Source: a virus | IMG/VR virus record: IMGVR_UViG_3300025872_003406 | Coordinates: 1-64,000 of that record | DNA length: 64,000 nucleotides | Reading direction: 5' to 3' (one strand) | Shown here: positions 7,921 to 16,641 of the stretch, one piece after another | Position numbering within the stretch: position 1 is the stretch's first letter | Layout of the letters: each line of letters begins with the position of its first letter | Notes under the pieces: generated by a model | Seen by the model: only the letters and a program-made list of their open reading frames with translations | Databases searched by the model: none | What the model was told of the DNA's origin: nothing | Position numbers and translations under genes: made by a program

Positions 7921-8898
7921 TGCAGGAGGTGGCGCTGGAGGTACTTCCGGCGCCTTCTTCTTTGAGAGCAGATCGATCTTGCCAGTCTTTGGATTGACCA
8001 CAATCATCACCACGATGAAGAGTCCCATGACTGTTGCTACGATCCAGAACGGAATGGTTGCAGCCACATAGGCCAGACCTAGCATTGCCACACCGGCAAT
8101 GATGAACGTCGGGCTCTTCATGAGGAAGCCGACCAGCAGGAGAAGGATGGACACGCCAAGAAGGGCCTTGACGATCATACTGACCATCTCCTGCCGTTGC
8201 TTTTCCTTGGCAATCTCCACGGCATCCTTGGCTTCCTTGAGCATGCGCTCGCGTTCTGCGGCCTGCTCATCCTGAATCTTCTTCAGAGCGCTTGCCTGAT
8301 CCATGCGAAGCTTTGCTTTCTCGGCCTCCTTCTTCTTGACCAGAGCATCGGCTTCCTCGTAACGCTTTGCTGCAGCCTGGGCTTCCTTGGTCTTCTGCTC
8401 GTACTTCTTCGTAATCTCGGCGAGTTCTTTCTTTACATCCTCTAGGATCTCGGCATCGATGGCTTTCTTTTTTGGATCCGGCACCGGCATGAGCATCTCT
8501 GCATTCTCTTTAGCCTTCAGGTTTGCGATCAGAACTCTCTTGTCCAAGCCCACGACTTCTTCCGTGGCAGAGATGATACCATAGTTGATCTCAGAGATCT
8601 TGTCAAAGTTCTCGTTGTCGACCTTCTCTCGAGCAGCATACGCTGCAGCCAATTCTTGGCGGAACTTCTCGTACTGGGCCTCCAGAGCTCTGCGGGCCTC
8701 CGCCTCGCGTCTGGCGATCTCTGACATACGGTCAATTGCTCCAGCAGTTGCCTGCGCACCTGCCACTGTTCCGCTGGTGTCTCCTGGTTTCTTGTTCAGT
8801 CTATCCCCTAGACTTCCAATCTTACTACCCAGCCCACTCAGCATCTGGCAGCCGGTTAAAAGCATTGATAAAGCAATAGCTGTAAGTACTCGCATCAT
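7912..8898 (-). CDS. Lipoprotein with long coiled coil and C-terminal TM helices (spanin-like topology)
   Basis: Lipobox LLTGC, long A/K/E-rich helical region, three hydrophobic helices, basic tail; late promoter upstream. Confidence 0.75.
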   Translation of the reverse strand: MMRVLTAIALSMLLTGCQMLSGLGSKIGSLGDRLNKKPGDTSGTVAGAQATAGAIDRMSEIARREAEARRALEAQYEKFRQELAAAYAAREKVDNENFDKISEINYGIISATEEVVGLDKRVLIANLKAKENAEMLMPVPDPKKKAIDAEILEDVKKELAEITKKYEQKTKEAQAAAKRYEEADALVKKKEAEKAKLRMDQASALKKIQDEQAAERERMLKEAKDAVEIAKEKQRQEMVSMIVKALLGVSILLLLVGFLMKSPTFIIAGVAMLGLAYVAATIPFWIVATVMGLFIVVMIVVNPKTGKIDLLSKKKAPEVPPAPPPASP

Positions 8899-8901
8899 CC
8901 G

Positions 8902-8919
8902 AGCTATTTATAAATAGCT
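8902..8919. promoter_or_regulatory. Palindromic bidirectional late promoter
   Basis: AGCTATTTATAAATAGCT contains TATAAATA on both strands between divergent genes. Confidence 0.75.
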
Positions 8920-8956
8920 ATTCCCACGAATCTCAATCTCAATAAATAGGAATACT

Positions 8957-9211
8957 ATGGTTGCAACAATTATTCAAGTTCTCGGTTCAGAAGCCTCTGT
9001 TAACGCATCCGGAAGTGCTTTTTCCGGTAATCAGCTCATCCGCGTTTACAACAATAACGCCACGGATGTTGTGATTTCTCTGCTCACTGCGGCAGACGCA
9101 ACGGTCGGTACGTTCACTCTTCGTTCGTACGAAACCGCCTATGTCCGCAAGTCCCCAACTCAGAAAGTCGCAGCTGCCACTGCCTGCAAGATGACACCTG
9201 TCGCATTCTAA
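8957..9211 (+). CDS. Hypothetical late protein
   Basis: Beta-rich ORF preceded by AATAAATA (8941). Confidence 0.7.
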   Translation: MVATIIQVLGSEASVNASGSAFSGNQLIRVYNNNATDVVISLLTAADATVGTFTLRSYETAYVRKSPTQKVAAATACKMTPVAF

Positions 9212-9212
9212 C

Positions 9213-9746
9213 ATGGCTGACAAGAACTACATCTCATACGCCGACGTGGACGGCGAGACAATCGAGAACACGGTATTCCCGGCCGCTGGTACAAACCAGT
9301 CCGAGTTCTCGGATATCCTGAAGCTTTCTCATGCCAAGAACACAGTTGTCCGTGGTTGCCACATTTACGGTGGGAAGGAAGACTGCGTCGACATGAATCG
9401 CAATTGCGAAAACATTTTGATTGAGAACTGCACCGTTTACCCGTTCGGGTCATACGGATTTACGATCAAGGGCGGAGCAAAGAACATCACGCTTCGTAAT
9501 GTCATTTTTGACGGCCATGGTAGAGAGGCCGATATTGATCTGGGCAACTGGTCAGATCAATCGATGGAGCAGACCAAGAACGTCGTACTCGAGAACGTAC
9601 GCACGCTCGATGGATCTCCTGTCAAGGTTCGAGTGTTGTGGGCCGAAAAGCCAACGATCGTCGACAGCAACGTCAAGCTGTTGGTGATTCCAAAGCCTAT
9701 CATCTGGGCTTATCGTTGGCTACGAGTTCGCAAGCTCGTGCCATGA
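9213..9746 (+). CDS. Right-handed beta-helix (pectin-lyase-like) protein
   Basis: GGKEDCVDMNRNCENILIENCT, FTIKGGAKNITLRNV repeats. Confidence 0.7.
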   Translation: MADKNYISYADVDGETIENTVFPAAGTNQSEFSDILKLSHAKNTVVRGCHIYGGKEDCVDMNRNCENILIENCTVYPFGSYGFTIKGGAKNITLRNVIFDGHGREADIDLGNWSDQSMEQTKNVVLENVRTLDGSPVKVRVLWAEKPTIVDSNVKLLVIPKPIIWAYRWLRVRKLVP

Positions 9747-9747
9747 A

Positions 9748-10224
9748 ATGACGAAGATCCAGGTACTCGTACTAGCACCAGATAAACACAGTTCGTTGCC
9801 TCGAGCAATCAGGCACTACGAATCTTTTGCGGACCGTATCACGGTCTATGACCTACCGATACACAAGCCGGTATCTGATCACATCAAGAGCACCGGCTGG
9901 ATCAATGACCATCAATCAGATTGGGTCATAGCTGTTGATGCAGATGAATTGGTGCACTTCCCATTGGGAGCGAAGGAAACATTGGCCAAGTACGATGAAC
10001 AGAATGCCCCACTAATTACGGCAAAGGGATTTTCAGTTAAAGGCGGCGTCAAGATCTACACGCCGAAGTATTCGAAGCCTGCTATCTTCTCTCCTCGCCG
10101 GCTCATGAACATTAGTTTCAGCCGTAATGGTGAAGAGTGCACAGCAATCGACCTGAATATGCATGAGGTCCGAACTCCGGATGAGTCAACGGAACCTCCG
10201 GCGATCCTGCTACGGTACATTTGA
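9748..10224 (+). CDS. Glycosyltransferase family 2-like protein (short)
   Basis: DWVIAVDADELV (DxD) motif, YSKP. Confidence 0.55.
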   Translation: MTKIQVLVLAPDKHSSLPRAIRHYESFADRITVYDLPIHKPVSDHIKSTGWINDHQSDWVIAVDADELVHFPLGAKETLAKYDEQNAPLITAKGFSVKGGVKIYTPKYSKPAIFSPRRLMNISFSRNGEECTAIDLNMHEVRTPDESTEPPAILLRYI

Positions 10225-10238
10225 AATAGCTAGAAATC

Positions 10239-10246
10239 TATAAATA
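10239..10246 (+). promoter_or_regulatory. T4-type late promoter
   Basis: TATAAATA at the head of the curli/cyclase operon. Confidence 0.8.
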
Positions 10247-10282
10247 AAGGTGGTACTGCCCCGCGGTACCACCTTTTCTTTC

Positions 10283-10447
10283 ATGCCCTCAAGAACACCC
10301 CATGAGGAGAAGGCTTGGGCAATGGCCGTAGAATCCCTACAAGGACGCTACTGGACGTCGCGCGAACTTCTCTACACAACGATCATATCGGCGATCATCG
10401 GATTCGTCGGGGGCATGGCATTTCAAATACTTATTACCCATGGCTGA
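10283..10447 (+). CDS. Small membrane protein
   Basis: C-terminal hydrophobic helix; overlaps the next start. Confidence 0.5.
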   Translation: MPSRTPHEEKAWAMAVESLQGRYWTSRELLYTTIISAIIGFVGGMAFQILITHG

Positions 10448-10694
10448 CGATCCTATTTTCGATTTTGGTTTTACCGCAGTTGACGAGAACGAGCTGGAGG
10501 TCACAAAGCAAGTGGATGTGGCATACCAGCGTGTTGCAGAACACGAGGACAAACTCAACCGCCTCTACAATGCAATCCTTCCGCTCCTGCACAATCTGAA
10601 GAAGAATCCTGAGAAGGAATACATCAAGTGGCCTAATCGCGTCAAGAAGGTAGAGGAGTTCGAGACGTTCATCGCGAAGATCATCACTGAATGA
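10440..10694 (+). CDS. Conserved hypothetical phage protein
   Basis: FDFGFTAVDENEL...NLKKNPEKEYIKWPNR motif. Confidence 0.8.
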   Translation: MADDPIFDFGFTAVDENELEVTKQVDVAYQRVAEHEDKLNRLYNAILPLLHNLKKNPEKEYIKWPNRVKKVEEFETFIAKIITE

Positions 10695-10975
10695 ACTTCG
10701 AGACCTTCAAGTCAATAATGGATCTGGGCTTCTCGGTGGCCGCAGTGGCCGTCGGTGGGGTCTTTATCGTTATTTTGCTGAAGTACATTCTGGCTGGAGT
10801 TGTTTCTGATGTGGAATCGCTCAACGGTCTAGCCACGATGCTGAACAATCGTATCCGTACCATGAACAACGATCTGATCCGGATCGACGCTCTTGTATCT
10901 TCGCGCTTCGGTCTGAGAGTCGATCTGGAAAGATTGGCACGTACTGACGGAAAGACCGATGCAAGAAGAGATTAA
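10691..10975 (+). CDS. Membrane-anchored small protein
   Basis: N-terminal TM, RIRTMNNDLIRID. Confidence 0.75.
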   Translation: MNFETFKSIMDLGFSVAAVAVGGVFIVILLKYILAGVVSDVESLNGLATMLNNRIRTMNNDLIRIDALVSSRFGLRVDLERLARTDGKTDARRD

Positions 10976-11315
10976 CACTTTCAAGAATGCAGTAAACCAA
11001 TATGGTCTGCCCATCATGGCTGCAGGCGGTATGGGCTACTTCATTTACTTCGTCTGGAAATTCGTCACAGAGAACATCAATTCGAAGCTATCAGAGGCCA
11101 AGAAGACGATGATTGCTCTGATCGATCGAATTCGCATGCTCGATAATGATCTGATTCGCCTCGAGCAGAAAATAAATACTGCGATAGAAATGCAGCGTGG
11201 AGATAATCCAATCCAACGTACTAACCCTCCAATACCTAAACCAGATGAAACAAGACCGCAACAAGTCGTCGGACGTGTGGATGCTCCTAACGCTAGCAAT
11301 AATCCTGTTTCTTAG
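10959..11315 (+). CDS. Membrane-anchored small protein (paralogue of the previous gene)
   Basis: QYGLPIMAAGGMGYFIYFVW TM, RIRMLDNDLIRLE. Confidence 0.75.
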   Translation: MQEEINTFKNAVNQYGLPIMAAGGMGYFIYFVWKFVTENINSKLSEAKKTMIALIDRIRMLDNDLIRLEQKINTAIEMQRGDNPIQRTNPPIPKPDETRPQQVVGRVDAPNASNNPVS

Positions 11316-11745
11316 CATAATGCCATCGTGTGTCCGTGCGTCGGACATGGTGCATGCATTTAAGTCTCCGGCGTTCAACGGTATTGGATATTCATCTCAC
11401 GTATTCACGCAGGAGAATCTGGCACGTACTCGTAAGCAGACGATCAAGGATGTTGCAAAGGCAGAGGCCGAGAACCTGAAGCTAGCCAGTCAGAACACCC
11501 CTCTCAATAACTTTATCGTCAACCTGCAGGCACGAATCTACTCGCAGCTCGCGTCTCAGGTCACCGACGAGATCTTCAATGCATCAGGCGCCACATTCGG
11601 TGTGATTAATCTGCAGGGAGGTGCGACTGTCACCTGGAATCGATCTGGTGACTTCGTGACACTTTACATCGTGGATCCTTCGACCGGAAACATGACCTCG
11701 ATTCAGGTACCGGTTGGTTCACTCACACCTCCACCCACGGGCTGA
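11245..11745 (+). CDS. csgF: Curli assembly protein CsgF-like
   Basis: Signal peptide, then SDMVHAFKSPAFNG, matching the CsgF N-terminal F.F.nP.F.G motif; directly upstream of csgG. Start could be 11281. Confidence 0.75.
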   Translation: MKQDRNKSSDVWMLLTLAIILFLSIMPSCVRASDMVHAFKSPAFNGIGYSSHVFTQENLARTRKQTIKDVAKAEAENLKLASQNTPLNNFIVNLQARIYSQLASQVTDEIFNASGATFGVINLQGGATVTWNRSGDFVTLYIVDPSTGNMTSIQVPVGSLTPPPTG

Positions 11746-12557
11746 TGAGATCGATACTGGCAATCCTACTTGGAGTGTCTTTGGCCGGTTGCGGTTCGCT
11801 ACCGAAATCTCCTCGTATCATCGAGGCTCCGCTCGCCCAGCAATCACCTCTGCAGAAGCAACTCAACTCTCTGCCGACTGTGGATGGCAACCGAATCACC
11901 ATTGCAGTCTACACATTTGCCGACAAGACCGGTCAGAGAAAGACGGTTGATCAGTATGCATCTTTCTCATCGGCCGTCACACAGGGTGCAGAATCCTGGC
12001 TAATCGACGCCCTTCGTATTGCCGGCCAGGGTTCATGGTTCCAGGTTCTGGAGAGGGCATCTCTGGATAATCTCATCAAGGAACGTCAGCTGATCGCACA
12101 GACGCGTGAATCCTTCTTTGGTAAAGAGGCTGAGAAACTATCACCGCTTCTCTTTGCTGGAATCATCGCAGAGGGTGGCATCATCGGTTACGACACAAAC
12201 GTCCTGACCGGTGGTGCTGGTGCCAGCTTGCTAGGAATCTCTGGTAGCACTCAGTACCGCAAGGATGTGGTCACTGTTTCCCTTCGATTCATCTCGGTTC
12301 AGACCGGCGAGGTTCTGCTCTCCGTGGCGGTCACGAAGACCATCACGAGCGTAGCGACCTCTGGAAACCTTTTTAAGTTTTATGAGCATGGAGTAACTCC
12401 CGCAGAATCAGAAATTGGCCTGACGGCGAACGAACCCAACACAATTGCGGTTCGAAGCGCTATCGACCAAGCTGTGATTGAAATCATACATCAGGGAGCC
12501 AAAACTGGATTATGGAAATTCGTCACAGCTAACAACCAACCCACAACAGAAAAATGA
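11745..12557 (+). CDS. csgG: Curli secretion channel CsgG lipoprotein
   Basis: Lipobox LAGC, AVYTFADKTGQRK, SSAVTQGA, VLERASLDNLIKERQLI, EGGIIGYDTN, GEVLLSV. Confidence 0.93.
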   Translation: MRSILAILLGVSLAGCGSLPKSPRIIEAPLAQQSPLQKQLNSLPTVDGNRITIAVYTFADKTGQRKTVDQYASFSSAVTQGAESWLIDALRIAGQGSWFQVLERASLDNLIKERQLIAQTRESFFGKEAEKLSPLLFAGIIAEGGIIGYDTNVLTGGAGASLLGISGSTQYRKDVVTVSLRFISVQTGEVLLSVAVTKTITSVATSGNLFKFYEHGVTPAESEIGLTANEPNTIAVRSAIDQAVIEIIHQGAKTGLWKFVTANNQPTTEK

Positions 12558-13360
12558 AGACCTCAGTCGTAGCACTCACACTGCTTCTGCTCTCAGCTGC
12601 GACAGCACTGGCTCAGAATCAGATCTACATCAATCAGATAACAACTGGTGGAAACACCACTCTCGTTCAGGTCGGAAGCCTGAACAAAATCGGCACTTCG
12701 GCTGCAGCCCAAAGTGACATCACAGGAGACAACATCGTGTTCGAGATGCGCCAGATCGGCAACAGTAACGACACGAAGTTCTCCATTGCTAGCGCAAACA
12801 ATCTGAAACTTCTGACCGTTGCTACTGGCAACAGCAACAATCAGCAGTACTATTTCAGTGGCGCCAGCAACAACGCAAACATACTGCTGAATGGAAACTC
12901 AAACAAGTTCTTGCTCAACGGGGACACCTCGGTGGATCACACGTCGAATTCGGACACCACTAAGGCTACCTTCACAAACTCGGACCTTATCTTCAACGTT
13001 CAAGGTAATTCCAACGACCTTCGCTTTGGAATTAGTTCCGGCAAATACAACTATCTGGACTTCTCGATCACTGGTGACTCCAATAACATCAAGTCCACCC
13101 AGATCGGAAACCCAGGTGGCGCTGCTGCAAAAACTGGCCACGAACAGACCGTTGTGCTTACAGGCTCCAGCAACAACCTGACAATCTATCAGGCAGGACT
13201 GGAAAAGCAGACGCTGAACTATAACCTGACAGGTTCCACAAACACCGTCCAGATCGTTCAGACGACTGCCGGTTATGCTCCCGTCATGACAACGACTGGA
13301 ACAAACGGACCAACTGGACCATCACAGACAACCAACTCGATCACTCCTCCAGGAAATTGA
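12554..13360 (+). CDS. Secreted curlin-like repeat protein
   Basis: Signal peptide; N/G/S/T/Q-rich repeats (QIGNSN, TGNSNN, NGNSNK, QGNSND, TGDSNN, TGSSNN). Confidence 0.65.
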   Translation: MKTSVVALTLLLLSAATALAQNQIYINQITTGGNTTLVQVGSLNKIGTSAAAQSDITGDNIVFEMRQIGNSNDTKFSIASANNLKLLTVATGNSNNQQYYFSGASNNANILLNGNSNKFLLNGDTSVDHTSNSDTTKATFTNSDLIFNVQGNSNDLRFGISSGKYNYLDFSITGDSNNIKSTQIGNPGGAAAKTGHEQTVVLTGSSNNLTIYQAGLEKQTLNYNLTGSTNTVQIVQTTAGYAPVMTTTGTNGPTGPSQTTNSITPPGN

Positions 13361-13375
13361 TCTAGTCTTTAGATC

Positions 13376-14530
13376 ATGAAGTTACCACGGACAGCCGCTA
13401 TTGCTCTGGCTTTAGCGGCTGCTTCGTCTGCAAAGGCCTTCATCGGAAAGATGATGGAGGTCACCGGCCCTACTCAGATCGTACGAGGAAAAGACAAGAT
13501 CGAAGGAAAGGTAGAGGTCGGAGTCGAGATGAACGACTCGGTCGAGACCCTGAAGTCCCGCGTCTCCATCACATTTGAGGACAACACCAAGATGCAGGTG
13601 ACCGAGTTCTCGAAACTCAAGATCGACGAGTTCGTCTACGATCCGAAGAGTGGAAAGGGATCTCTGTCCGTCAAGGCGGCATTCGGTACCGTACGGTATG
13701 CATCCGGAGCCATTGCCAAGAACAGCAAGGAGAACGTCAAGGTTCAGACTCCAACGGCCAAGGTGTCGGTTCGTGGCACTGACTTCTCGATGACAGTATC
13801 CGAGGATGGCAAGAGTCTGATCGTGCTGTTGCCATCGAAACCATTAGCGGCCGGAGGACCTCCTTTGGTCGGAGAGATCTCGGTGTCGAATCTCTCCGGT
13901 ACGGTACTATTGAATCAGGCTTATCAGGCCACCTTCGTGGCATCATCCACGATTGCACCGACAGTACCAGTGGTACTAGACTTTCAGGACGAATCTAAAA
14001 TCAATAACATGCTCATCGTAGAGACACCGCGACAGGTAACGCAGGCAGTCAAGGAGCAGAAGAAAGAAAAGCAGACACAATCGAGCAATGAAGAAGATAC
14101 CAAGCCGAAAAAAGGCACAAGCACAAAGTCTGAGAGCAACAAGACTGCGGTTTCTCAGGTCGATACGCCACCAGCTGCTGAAGCAGTGGCTCAGGCAGAA
14201 GAAGCACCTCCTGTCGAAACTAAGCTAGAGCTTGCAGCAATACAACCTGCAGTTCTTCAGGCAGCTGCTGCAGCAATTGAGAAGGTTGTGGCACCGGCTG
14301 CACCAGCGGCACCGGTTGTTCCTGTTCTGGTGAGCATGACCACCAATCCTGGATGGTCCACGGATGGAGTGAATGCCGTGTTGTCTCTGGATAATAGTGG
14401 TCAGATTCTGTACTACAGCACGAAGGCAAACGCCAGCCTGACGGTCGAGGTCACAACAAATTCAGGAACGAAGTCATATCCACTCAACTTCGGTGATAAA
14501 TTAAAGGTGAACGTCACACAAAAGAAATGA
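13376..14530 (+). CDS. FecR-domain periplasmic protein
   Basis: Signal peptide; ITFEDNT, SKLKIDEFVYDP, VQTPTAKVSVRGTDF; low-complexity linker and small C-terminal domain. Confidence 0.85.
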   Translation: MKLPRTAAIALALAAASSAKAFIGKMMEVTGPTQIVRGKDKIEGKVEVGVEMNDSVETLKSRVSITFEDNTKMQVTEFSKLKIDEFVYDPKSGKGSLSVKAAFGTVRYASGAIAKNSKENVKVQTPTAKVSVRGTDFSMTVSEDGKSLIVLLPSKPLAAGGPPLVGEISVSNLSGTVLLNQAYQATFVASSTIAPTVPVVLDFQDESKINNMLIVETPRQVTQAVKEQKKEKQTQSSNEEDTKPKKGTSTKSESNKTAVSQVDTPPAAEAVAQAEEAPPVETKLELAAIQPAVLQAAAAAIEKVVAPAAPAAPVVPVLVSMTTNPGWSTDGVNAVLSLDNSGQILYYSTKANASLTVEVTTNSGTKSYPLNFGDKLKVNVTQKK

Positions 14531-16572
14531 AGAAACATACTTTGAAGACTCTCCTGGTCGGATTCTCCGTACTGGCAATCGCGGTTGTCCTGCGTATCTG
14601 GGATCCGTATCCCATCGAGGTACTGAGACTCAAGGGTCTGGACTATTACCAGAGAGTCCAGGAGAAGAAGCCGTCGGATAACATTGCCGTCATCGAGATC
14701 GATGAGGATTCGCTGGAGGCCAATGGCCAATGGCCCTGGAAGCGTGATGTTCTGGCAGCCGGGATCAACCGGGCATTCGAGGCCGGTGCTTCGGCCGTGG
14801 TTCTTCCGATCATCTTTGCAGAACCTGACCGTCTGGGAGGAGACTCGGCTTTCGTTGATCAGCTTGGCAAAGCTCCGGTCATCATCGCACAGTCTGCTGC
14901 CCAGAAGGGTAAAGGAGAACCGGTACCGCGTGGATTGGCTACTATCGGTGGTGGAGCCGAGGATTGGCTATTCGATTATCCAGCGGCAATAGGACCTATC
15001 AGTGACGTTGGTAAATCGGCTGCTGGGGTCGGAATGTTGCTGACCGCACCGGAGCTTGATGGAGTCGTTCGCCGGTTGCCTCTGATCGTGCAGGTCAAGG
15101 GAGAGAAGTATCCGACCCTGCCGCTCGAGGTGCTTCGTGTCTTCGGCGGAGAGGCAAGTAACCAGGCCAAAGTCACCGAGGCCGGAATCAAGATGATCCG
15201 CGTCGCCGGCATTCCTCCGATCAGTACAGATGCGAATGCACGCGTCTGGCTCAATTTCAAGTACACCTTCCCATCAGTTTCGTATGCATCCAAGGACTGG
15301 AGTGCAGTGAAGGGCAAGATCGTGGTGATCGCTCCGACCGCTGAAGGTCTGGCGAACACCGTGGCAACTCCTCTTGGGACTAGCTACGGATACGAGGTGA
15401 ACATCCAGGCTCTCCAGATGCTCATCGATTCGGCCCGACTGGATCGCCCGGCAGAGTTCGATCTGTACGAACTGGGAGCCGGATTCCTGATCTCTGCAAT
15501 CGCCGTCATCACGATCTGCTATCTCGGTTATTCCTTGGCCGGTCTGATCTTTGCAGTGCTGATGGTGGCTCCGATCTGGACAGGCTTTCACCTGTTCTCG
15601 AACTATGGATTTCTGGCAGACTTCACCTGGGCCTGCGGTGCTCTGGTTGTGGCCTGGGGATCCGCTCTCTTCATGAGATTCGTCATGGAGTTCAAGCTGA
15701 AGCAGCAGATCAAGAAGCAGTTCGAAACATACCTTTCACCAGACCAGGTCGCTCAGCTCCAGAAGAACCCGGATGCCCTGAAATTGGGTGGCGAGGAACG
15801 CGAGCTGTCCATCATGTTCACCGATGTTCGTGGGTTCACTGCCATCTCGGAGCACTACGGAAAGAACGTGCAGGGACTGACTCAGATCATGAACCGTTAC
15901 ATGACGGCCATGACTCGGTCGATCATCGAGAAGAAGGGAACCCTGGACAAGTACATCGGTGATGCTCAGATGGCCTTCTGGAACGCACCTCTGGATGATA
16001 GCTCTCATGCCATCCATGCGGTCGAGACCGGACTGGAGATGATGGGCAGTCTGAAAGCTTTCAACGAGGAGATCGCCAAGGAAGGTGTTCCGGCCTTCGG
16101 AATGGGTCTCGGCATCAACACCGGAGTCGTGGTGGTCGGCAACATGGGATCCGAGCAACGGTTCGATTACACCTGCCTCGGTGACCACGTCAATCTGGCC
16201 TCTCGCCTCGAGGGTCAGTCAAAGCCGTACGGCGTCAAGATCGTCCTCGGGCCTCTCACACGTGAACGCGTGAAGGACGTGTTCCCGACCCTCGAGCTTG
16301 ACTGCATCGCGGTGAAGGGAAAGAAGGAAGGAGTCAAGATCTACACGGTCTTCGACAAGGGCACCAAGATCTACTCGGAATCCCACGACCAATTCCTGCA
16401 GCTCTACCGCGGCCAGAAATGGAAGGAGGCGATCAAGCTCGCCAAGGATCTATCCTCCCATATGGACTTCATGTCCGGCTACTACGAGATGATGATCGAG
16501 CGCATCGAGTACCTCAAGGACAACGATCCTGGCGCGAATTGGGACGGAGTTTACAGAGCAACTTCGAAGTGA
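14527..16572 (+). CDS. CHASE2-domain class III adenylate cyclase
   Basis: IDEDSL..GQWPWKR, DGVVRR (CHASE2); TM helices; MFTDVRGFT, LDKYIGDA, YTCLGDHVNLASRLEG, VKGK catalytic motifs. Confidence 0.95.
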   Translation: MKKHTLKTLLVGFSVLAIAVVLRIWDPYPIEVLRLKGLDYYQRVQEKKPSDNIAVIEIDEDSLEANGQWPWKRDVLAAGINRAFEAGASAVVLPIIFAEPDRLGGDSAFVDQLGKAPVIIAQSAAQKGKGEPVPRGLATIGGGAEDWLFDYPAAIGPISDVGKSAAGVGMLLTAPELDGVVRRLPLIVQVKGEKYPTLPLEVLRVFGGEASNQAKVTEAGIKMIRVAGIPPISTDANARVWLNFKYTFPSVSYASKDWSAVKGKIVVIAPTAEGLANTVATPLGTSYGYEVNIQALQMLIDSARLDRPAEFDLYELGAGFLISAIAVITICYLGYSLAGLIFAVLMVAPIWTGFHLFSNYGFLADFTWACGALVVAWGSALFMRFVMEFKLKQQIKKQFETYLSPDQVAQLQKNPDALKLGGEERELSIMFTDVRGFTAISEHYGKNVQGLTQIMNRYMTAMTRSIIEKKGTLDKYIGDAQMAFWNAPLDDSSHAIHAVETGLEMMGSLKAFNEEIAKEGVPAFGMGLGINTGVVVVGNMGSEQRFDYTCLGDHVNLASRLEGQSKPYGVKIVLGPLTRERVKDVFPTLELDCIAVKGKKEGVKIYTVFDKGTKIYSESHDQFLQLYRGQKWKEAIKLAKDLSSHMDFMSGYYEMMIERIEYLKDNDPGANWDGVYRATSK

Positions 16573-16580
16573 CGTTAGGT

Positions 16581-16635
16581 ACCAACAACTTAGGTAATTC
16601 TTAGTTGTTTACGTGTGCGAGGTATTTGGTAGGAT
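16581..16635 (+). promoter_or_regulatory. Early promoter cassette
   Basis: ACCAACAACTTAGGTAATTCTTAG, GTTTAC-N17-TAGGAT, 6 nt to ATG. Confidence 0.8.
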
Positions 16636-16641
16636 ATCCTC

